DNA of 32,000 bases, from sequence record OZ374479.1. One strand, written 5' to 3'. The translations under genes were made by a program, and so were the position numbers. Below, one piece after another: positions 22,827 through 32,000 of this stretch (within the stretch, counting starts at the first letter, position 1; each line of letters starts with the position of its first letter). A model generated the notes under the pieces. It saw only the letters and a program-made list of their open reading frames with translations, had not been told where the DNA came from and searched no databases.

Positions 22827-23186
22827 TTAAAGAACCTCAGGGGCGAGAGAAACGATTTTCATGAAATCGCGTTCACGTAATTCACGTGCAATCGGTCCAA
22901 ATACACGTGTACCACGTGGGTTTCCCTCTTTATTAATAATTACGGCAGCATTATCATCAAAACGAATCGACATACCGTTTTCGCGTTGTACCGTGTGTGC
23001 AGTACGTACAACAACAGCACGGACAACATCAGATTTTTTTACTGGCATATTTGGTAATGCTTCTTTTACAACAGCAAGAATTACATCACCAATATTTCCA
23101 TATTGCCGATTTAACACGCGGATACACATAATTTTACGTGCACCGCTGTTATCAGCAACCTCAAGATAAGTTTGTGGTTGAATCAT
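22827..23186 (-). CDS. rpl14: Ribosomal protein L14
   Basis: 119 aa, [25 protein letters not shown]... Confidence 0.97.
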   Translation of the reverse strand: MIQPQTYLEVADNSGARKIMCIRVLNRQYGNIGDVILAVVKEALPNMPVKKSDVVRAVVVRTAHTVQRENGMSIRFDDNAAVIINKEGNPRGTRVFGPIARELRERDFMKIVSLAPEVL

Positions 23187-23230
23187 GGGAATTAAACAGT
23201 CATTAAAGAAGGATGAGTTATACGAGTAGA

Positions 23231-23653
23231 TTACTCGGCAACAAATCCCTCACGGATAAGAAATTTTGTTTTTACTGGCATTTTATATGCAGCAATACGC
23301 ATTGATGAACGCGCAATGGCTTCTGACACACCACGCATTTCATATAAGATTTTTCCTGGTTTTACCACAGCAACCCAATAATCAGGTGCTCCTTTCCCAG
23401 CTCCCATACGTGTTTCAGCAGCACGTGCAGTAATCGATTTGTCTGGAAACACACGAATCCAAAGTTTTCCACCACGTCGTGCATAACGACTCATGGCACG
23501 ACGCCCTGCTTCAATTTGACGCGAGGTAATCCAACCAGGTTCAAGTGCTTGAAGAGCAAAATCACCAAATGCAATTTTGTTCCCACGCATCGCTTTACCT
23601 TTTAGACGCCCACGGTGTGGCTTACGATATTTTGTTCGTTTTGGACTTAGCAT
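23231..23653 (-). CDS. rpl16: Ribosomal protein L16 (no intron)
   Basis: 140 aa, [54 protein letters not shown]. It overlaps the rps3 stop by 7 nt. Confidence 0.97.
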   Translation of the reverse strand: MLSPKRTKYRKPHRGRLKGKAMRGNKIAFGDFALQALEPGWITSRQIEAGRRAMSRYARRGGKLWIRVFPDKSITARAAETRMGAGKGAPDYWVAVVKPGKILYEMRGVSEAIARSSMRIAAYKMPVKTKFLIREGFVAE

Positions 23654-24282
23654 TTGTTATCCCCCTTACATACCCACACTTTAATACCTAAAATCCCGTA
23701 CACAGTCTGTGCACGAGCAGTGGCATAATCAATATCAGCACGAATGGTATGTAATGGTACACGTCCTTCACGTGCCCATTCGCTTCGTGCAATCTCAGCC
23801 CCATTTAAACGACCAGCAATTTGGACTTTAATTCCTACGGCACCAGCTTTTTGTGCACTACGAAGTGCTTGACGAATTGTTCGACGAAATGGTGCACGCT
23901 TTTCTAATTGCATTGCAATGTTTTCGGCAATACATACGGCATCAAGTTCCGGTTGTACTGTTTTTGTTACATATAATGCTACACTACGGTGCGCTGGAAG
24001 TTTAGCCTTTAATGCTTCACGCACTTTTAATAAGGCTTCACCTTTCGCACCAACAAGTGCACGAGGACGGGCTGTGAAAAATTCGATCTCAATACGATCG
24101 ACTTGGCGGGAAATATTTACACGTGAAATGCTTGCATCTGTAATATGCTTTGCCACATATTCACGGATAACAAGATCTTCCTTAACCAAGTTGGCATAAT
24201 CTTTTGGTTTTGCGAACCATTGCGAACGGTGTGTTTGTGTTACACCAATTCGGAATCCAAGAGGATGAACTTTTTGACCCAT
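23647..24282 (-). CDS. rps3: Ribosomal protein S3
   Basis: 211 aa, [33 protein letters not shown]...[31 protein letters not shown]. Confidence 0.97.
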   Translation of the reverse strand: MGQKVHPLGFRIGVTQTHRSQWFAKPKDYANLVKEDLVIREYVAKHITDASISRVNISRQVDRIEIEFFTARPRALVGAKGEALLKVREALKAKLPAHRSVALYVTKTVQPELDAVCIAENIAMQLEKRAPFRRTIRQALRSAQKAGAVGIKVQIAGRLNGAEIARSEWAREGRVPLHTIRADIDYATARAQTVYGILGIKVWVCKGDNKC

Positions 24283-24325
24283 AGTATTTTTCTATTTCAA
24301 AATCAACACCACGCGCATTAACCAG

Positions 24326-24604
24326 TTAACGGCGAGATTTTTTGTCACTTTTTACATGACCACGGAATGTACGTGTAGGAGCAAACTCTCCTAATTTGTG
24401 ACCAACCATTTGGTCTGTCACAAAAACAGGAATATGCTCAAGACCATTGTGCACAGCAATTGTGTGCCCAATCATGATTGGCGTAATAGTAGAACCACGT
24501 GACCAGGTCTGAATAACAGATTTTTCGCCTTTTGCATGTAACGCTTCAATCTTTTTCATAAGTTTGTGCGCAACAAAAGGACCTTTTTTAAGAGAACGAG
24601 CCAT
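24326..24604 (-). CDS. rps19: Ribosomal protein S19
   Basis: 92 aa, [20 protein letters not shown]...[51 protein letters not shown]. Confidence 0.97.
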   Translation of the reverse strand: MARSLKKGPFVAHKLMKKIEALHAKGEKSVIQTWSRGSTITPIMIGHTIAVHNGLEHIPVFVTDQMVGHKLGEFAPTRTFRGHVKSDKKSRR

Positions 24605-24619
24605 AAGATATAAGAAGAT

Positions 24620-25453
24620 TTATGAAACTTTTCTTCGGCGAAGAATAAGACTATCGCTATACTTTTTACGTGCACGTGTCTTACGACCAAGTGCAGGTTT
24701 TCCCCATGGTGTCATTGGTTGTGAACGACCCACTGGGCAACGTCCTTCTCCACCACCATGTGGGTGATCCACTGGGTTCATTACACTTCCGCGTACTGTT
24801 GGGCGTTTTCCAAGCCAACGTGAACGACCAGCTTTTCCAATAGAAAGGTTCATCACCTCACTATTTCCTACTTGTCCAATTGTGGCCCAACATTGATTGT
24901 TTAAAAGGCGCACTTCACCAGAGGGAAGACGTACTGTTACGAAATCACCTTCTTTGGCAACAAGTTGTGCTACACCACCAGCTGAGCGAACAAGTTGTCC
25001 ACCTTTCTTTGGATGCATTTCAATATTATGAATTTGCACCCCTAATGGCATGGCAGCAAGTGGGAGGGAATTCCCAATAGCGTTTGGTGCTGCTGCACTT
25101 GCAATCACTTTATCCCCAACTTGTAATCCAGTTGGTTGAAGAATATAACGCTTTTCACCATCCTCATATTGCACAAGTGCAATACGAGCATTACGGTTTG
25201 GGTCATATTCAATTGTTTGCACTTCAGCACTCATGTCGTATTTATTACGACGAAAATCAATTTGACGGTATAAGCGTTTGTGTCCACCACCACGGTGACG
25301 GCACGTAATTACACCACGATTATTACGCCCTTTTGCACGGTGCAAAGAGCGTGTTAAAGACTTTTCTGGGCGAGTCTTACTTAATTCTGTACAGTCCGAT
25401 ACGGAACGGTGACGTGTTCCAGGAGTATATGCTTTGTAAAAACGAAGAGCCAT
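24620..25453 (-). CDS. rpl2: Ribosomal protein L2 (no intron)
   Basis: 277 aa from the ATG at 25453 ([17 protein letters not shown]...). The ORF-track start at 25462 is TTG. Contains [22 protein letters not shown] and [13 protein letters not shown]. Confidence 0.97.
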   Translation of the reverse strand: MALRFYKAYTPGTRHRSVSDCTELSKTRPEKSLTRSLHRAKGRNNRGVITCRHRGGGHKRLYRQIDFRRNKYDMSAEVQTIEYDPNRNARIALVQYEDGEKRYILQPTGLQVGDKVIASAAAPNAIGNSLPLAAMPLGVQIHNIEMHPKKGGQLVRSAGGVAQLVAKEGDFVTVRLPSGEVRLLNNQCWATIGQVGNSEVMNLSIGKAGRSRWLGKRPTVRGSVMNPVDHPHGGGEGRCPVGRSQPMTPWGKPALGRKTRARKKYSDSLILRRRKVS

Positions 25454-25454
25454 A

Positions 25455-25718
25455 TTAATCAAAAATAGGTAATGAATCCCCAGATTTTAAGCGAATAATG
25501 GCGCGCTTTGTTCGAGTGCGCACACCACCAAATGCCGATTTCTTTCGTGGGAGACGATGTGTGTTCACTGAAATAACCTTTACATCGTAAAGGTCCTCTA
25601 CAAGGGCTTTGATGTCAGTCTTTTTAAGATGTACATCCACATCAAACGTATAGCGCTCTGACTCAAGAAGCGTTGTCGATTTTTGAGTTACAATCACGCG
25701 TTTAATGAAGTCAATCAT
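25455..25718 (-). CDS. rpl23: Ribosomal protein L23
   Basis: 87 aa, [53 protein letters not shown]. The stop lies 1 nt before the rpl2 ATG. Confidence 0.93.
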   Translation of the reverse strand: MIDFIKRVIVTQKSTTLLESERYTFDVDVHLKKTDIKALVEDLYDVKVISVNTHRLPRKKSAFGGVRTRTKRAIIRLKSGDSLPIFD

Positions 25719-25928
25719 AAGCGTTAGGTTCCATCAGGAAGCAATAAAATAAGCAAGTAAAAATAAGTGTTATACAACACACTACGAAAAAAAGCGATGA
25801 TATACACGATAGTGCAAGCAACACATTTTTCTTATATCATAACACCACCATTACTTGGCGTGTGTAGACAATCATATACTACAAACAGTGTGTAAACTGC
25901 CATAAAAGTATTTGTATTAACCATAATA

Positions 25929-26013
25929 TACACTGACTCGGGCTTGAACCGAGAAATGTTCGTGAGAACGACGAGTTATGAGCTCGCTGCATTAACCATT
26001 CTGCCATCAGTGC
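25929..26013 (-). tRNA. trnI: tRNA with CAU anticodon, trnI(CAU)-like body but a 17-nt variable region forming an extra arm
   Basis: The reverse complement parses as GCACTGA-TG-GCA-GAATGGTTAA-TGC-A-GCGAG-CTCATAA-CTCGT-CGTTCTCACGAACATTT-CTCGG-TTCAAGC-CCGAG-TCAGTGT-A. The D-arm TGGCAGAATGGTTAATGC resembles plastid trnI(CAU). The variable arm is GTTC-TCAC-GAAC. Confidence 0.7.
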
Positions 26014-26195
26014 GTTAGAGCTTGTAGAGTCCATCAATACCTAAACATCTATATACATAGAGAATAGCTGGCAAACGAATCGATGACAAGAGACATCAAT
26101 ACAAACATATGAATACCACCAAAATCATTTTGACAAAGAAGTTTCTTTTAAAAGAGGGTTGAATAAAAACCACATTCCGATAGAATAGCATAGAA

Positions 26196-26267
26196 GGCTC
26201 GGTAGCTTAGTGGTAGAGCAGGGGACTCATAATCCCAAGGTCACAGGTTCAAACCCCGTTCGAGCCA
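26196..26267 (+). tRNA. trnM: tRNA-Met (CAU), elongator type
   Basis: GGCTCGGTAGCTTAGTGGTAGAGCAGGGGACTCATAATCCCAAGGTCACAGGTTCAAACCCCGTTCGAGCCA has a fully paired 1-72 end. It has one A.C mismatch in the T stem and one G.A mismatch at 27-43. Confidence 0.8.
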
Positions 26268-26572
26268 ATAGATATACAATATAATCTTCCATATAGTGCA
26301 AAGATATGGACAGAAAACTTTTCTCACGAAAAACATCTCTTGAATTACAATCAATTCTAGGCAGATTGGTATGAAAATGTTACTATATGAATAGTTCGAT
26401 GTTTTATTGAATAACACCGAACCGGCTTACGTAATCAACCCGGTTTGTTTCATATACGTCCACGTAAATAAACAAATAATGTGTCTTCCACATGCACGGA
26501 TCATATTTTTATTAAGCTTTGAATAAGAAATGTGTTGCTTATGCACACATTTCATTTACGCACATCGATTTT

Positions 26573-26761
26573 ATGCTTGTTATTTTCCAACTTACACTTC
26601 TTGCTTTTATTGGACTTTCATTAGCTCTTGTTGTAGGAGTACCAGTACTTCTTGCTTCACCAGAGGGATGGGCATCGTCAAAAGGTCTTGTATTATCAGG
26701 ATCTGCGCTTTGGATTCTTTTAGTATTCGTAGTTGGAGCACTTAACTCTTTTGTGTCATAA
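26573..26761 (+). CDS. psbZ: Photosystem II protein Z
   Basis: 62 aa, [62 protein letters not shown]. The upstream 18 codons of the ORF track are not conserved. The last 34 nt lie inside the IR. Confidence 0.93.
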   Translation: MLVIFQLTLLAFIGLSLALVVGVPVLLASPEGWASSKGLVLSGSALWILLVFVVGALNSFVS

Positions 26762-26818
26762 GACTACTTATGTGGGTCGAGAAGTGTACAAACTACACTT
26801 CATCGTCTCTCAACCCTT

Positions 26819-27016
26819 TTATAATACAAAGTTATCAACGATCAATGACTCATCCTCTACATCACGTTTTTCGGCAATTGTCGCATAGAACAGATCGACA
26901 ATCTCTTGTTCAAGTTGTGCTCCACATATATGCTCCAAAACGGACATCGGAATGCCATATCTCTCGCATTCTTTTGCGAAGAAATCGACTTTTTCTTGAG
27001 ACATTTGTTGCTCCAT
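26819..27016 (-). CDS. Hypothetical acidic 65-aa protein (orf65), IR copy B
   Basis: Identical to 983..1180. Confidence 0.35.
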   Translation of the reverse strand: MEQQMSQEKVDFFAKECERYGIPMSVLEHICGAQLEQEIVDLFYATIAEKRDVEDESLIVDNFVL

Positions 27017-27185
27017 TTTTAAGCGCTTAAATAACTTGTATGTGTAGTAAAACCTTAATGCTTGCTTTCGTCCAACTGAATTTGGGTCATGAGTGTTCCT
27101 AGAGAGAAATAAAAATTAAAAATGACATCCTCTTACCCTATAGCAGCTTCTAATCTATGTTTTTAAGTTTATATATTTACTCTTT

Positions 27186-27232
27186 GCCTCCGAAGAGGCA
27201 TCGAGTAATTGACTTATGCTAGCAAGCTAGCA
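27186..27232 (-). terminator. psbA 3' stem-loops, IR copy B
   Basis: Mirror of 767..813. Confidence 0.55.
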
Positions 27233-27248
27233 AAATATCAGAACTTGA

Positions 27249-28340
<1,092 letters not shown>

Positions 28341-28383
28341 TTACACAATCCACATCAAAGATGTTTTGGACCTGTTATTTCTT

Positions 28384-28392
28384 ATTATACCA
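28384..28392 (-). promoter_or_regulatory. Candidate extended -10 promoter element (TGGTATAAT) for psbA
   Basis: The reverse complement of 28384..28392 reads TGGTATAAT, about 74 nt upstream of the psbA ATG. No convincing -35 box is present. Confidence 0.3.
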
Positions 28393-28466
28393 TACACGCC
28401 AGAAACATAGGTACATATTTTCATCGCTTTTTTGTGTGTTTTTTTTTGGACTCAATTACAAATTTA

Positions 28467-28874
28467 TTATACTAGGGGTACGATACCCAATCTAAATTTT
28501 GAATTCTTATGAGTGATACGAAAAAGAAGATTAAAATTATTCCGCTTCATCCGGATCCGGGCGGAAACAAGAAGTTCAATGCAAAGGTGGTTAATGTCTA
28601 TGTGCCTCAGCGTGAAAAGAAAATCGCGACACCAAAAGATTTCATTTTGTTCGGCATCATCATGTATGTGATGTACAAAATTTATAAGTTCCTTGAACAT
28701 ACAAAGCCGGAATAGATATTTAAAGTAAATATGACAAGCAGTAAAAAAAACGATGTGAAGCAAGATCAATTGCACGATAAACAGGTTTTTAACGAAATGG
28801 ATGCATACAAAACAGAGGAAGTGGTACTTACTCCTGCTGTTCAGACTCGTACTGTAATGGCCCCGCCCTGTCAA
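28467..28874 (-). CDS. Hypothetical 135-aa ORF in the rrf-psbA spacer (mutually exclusive with the two plus-strand ORFs below)
   Basis: Longest stop-free frame in the spacer, on the same strand as rrl, rrf and psbA. It is F/L/H/C-rich and is the exact codon-register antisense of the plus-strand ORFs, so the coding strand is unresolved. Confidence 0.22.
   Translation of the reverse strand: MTGRGHYSTSLNSRSKYHFLCFVCIHFVKNLFIVQLILLHIVFFTACHIYFKYLFRLCMFKELINFVHHIHDDAEQNEIFWCRDFLFTLRHIDINHLCIELLVSARIRMKRNNFNLLFRITHKNSKFRLGIVPLV
28509..28715 (+). CDS. Hypothetical 68-aa ORF, basic N-terminus plus one C-terminal hydrophobic helix
   Basis: MSDTKKKIKIIPLHPDPGGNKKF...DFILFGIIMYVMYKIYKFL. It is in the same frame as the next ORF and separated from it by a single TAG. 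It is antisense to the 135-aa ORF. Confidence 0.2.
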   Translation: MSDTKKKIKIIPLHPDPGGNKKFNAKVVNVYVPQREKKIATPKDFILFGIIMYVMYKIYKFLEHTKPE

Positions 28875-28949
28875 AAGAGTTTATGCCAAAAATTGCAACT
28901 TCCATTCATTGGTTTATTATTACTTTACAGATTATTTTTTAAATCCTAA
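28731..28949 (+). CDS. Hypothetical 72-aa ORF, hydrophilic N-terminus plus C-terminal hydrophobic tail
   Basis: MTSSKKNDVKQDQLHDKQVF...LQLPFIGLLLLYRLFF. It has the same architecture as the preceding ORF. Confidence 0.2.
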   Translation: MTSSKKNDVKQDQLHDKQVFNEMDAYKTEEVVLTPAVQTRTVMAPPCQKSLCQKLQLPFIGLLLLYRLFFKS

Positions 28950-29007
28950 ATCTTTGAGATAACGATAGGATACGTGTTTATATATCTTTTTGTTATGAAT
29001 TTTTTTT

Positions 29008-29123
29008 CTTGGCATCGATATGTTTTCAGATACAGCTACCCGTATCCTATCGTTATCTCAAAGGCCTTTCACCACGCAGTTCGGAAAGGGATGCTGTGTC
29101 TCGACCTCGACGAAGACACCAAG
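29008..29123 (-). rRNA. rrf: 5S ribosomal RNA
   Basis: The reverse complement is CTTGGTGTCTTCGTCGAGGTCGAGACACAGCATCCCTTTCCGAACTGCGTGGTGAAAGGCC...GATACGGGTAGCTG...GATGCCAAG. It has the helix I pairing and the CCGAAC loop-C motif. Confidence 0.88.
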
Positions 29124-29205
29124 AAAAAAGAACCACATATGTTGCGAAGCAACAGTGGCTCGATTGCTTACTAGACATGTCTAGCAAGGCTTGGGTATGG
29201 TATAC

Positions 29206-32000
<2,795 letters not shown>

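Overview
This window is plastid DNA from a green alga. The gene set is chlorophyte-type: psaM, ycf12, rps9, infA, trnR(CCG) and trnL(GAG) are present, and no introns are evident. The window has three parts. (i) Bases 1..1271 are the end of one inverted-repeat (IR) copy, holding the psbA 3' part and a 65-codon ORF. (ii) Bases 1272..26727 are a complete 25,456-bp single-copy region. (iii) Bases 26728..32000 are the other IR copy, holding the psbZ 3' end, orf65, full psbA, a 0.7-kb spacer, rrf, and all of rrl except about the first 100 nt. The single-copy region is densely packed with standard genes. On the minus strand are psaA-psaB, petA, trnQ, rps14, atpI-atpH-atpF-atpA, four tRNAs, and the operon rpl23-rpl2-rps19-rps3-rpl16-rpl14-rpl5-rps8-infA-rps11-rpoA-rps9. 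On the plus strand are trnD, psaI, ycf12, psaM, trnP, trnW, trnS, rpl20, trnS, psbK, psbI, psaJ, trnF, rbcL, petG, trnM and psbZ. I see no CRISPR array, transposase, integrase or polymerase gene. Most of the window is ordinary plastome. Four things seem worth a second look. First, a block of orphan ORFs sits at the IR/single-copy junction: two apparently paralogous small ORFs plus a multi-pass membrane ORF. Second, a trnI(CAU)-like tRNA carries a long extra arm. Third, the rrf-psbA spacer holds ORFs on opposite strands that are codon-for-codon antisense to each other. Fourth, the rRNA operon and psbA point into a single-copy region full of genes usually found in the large single-copy region. 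All calls come from reading the sequence and from remembered family features; no database search was run.
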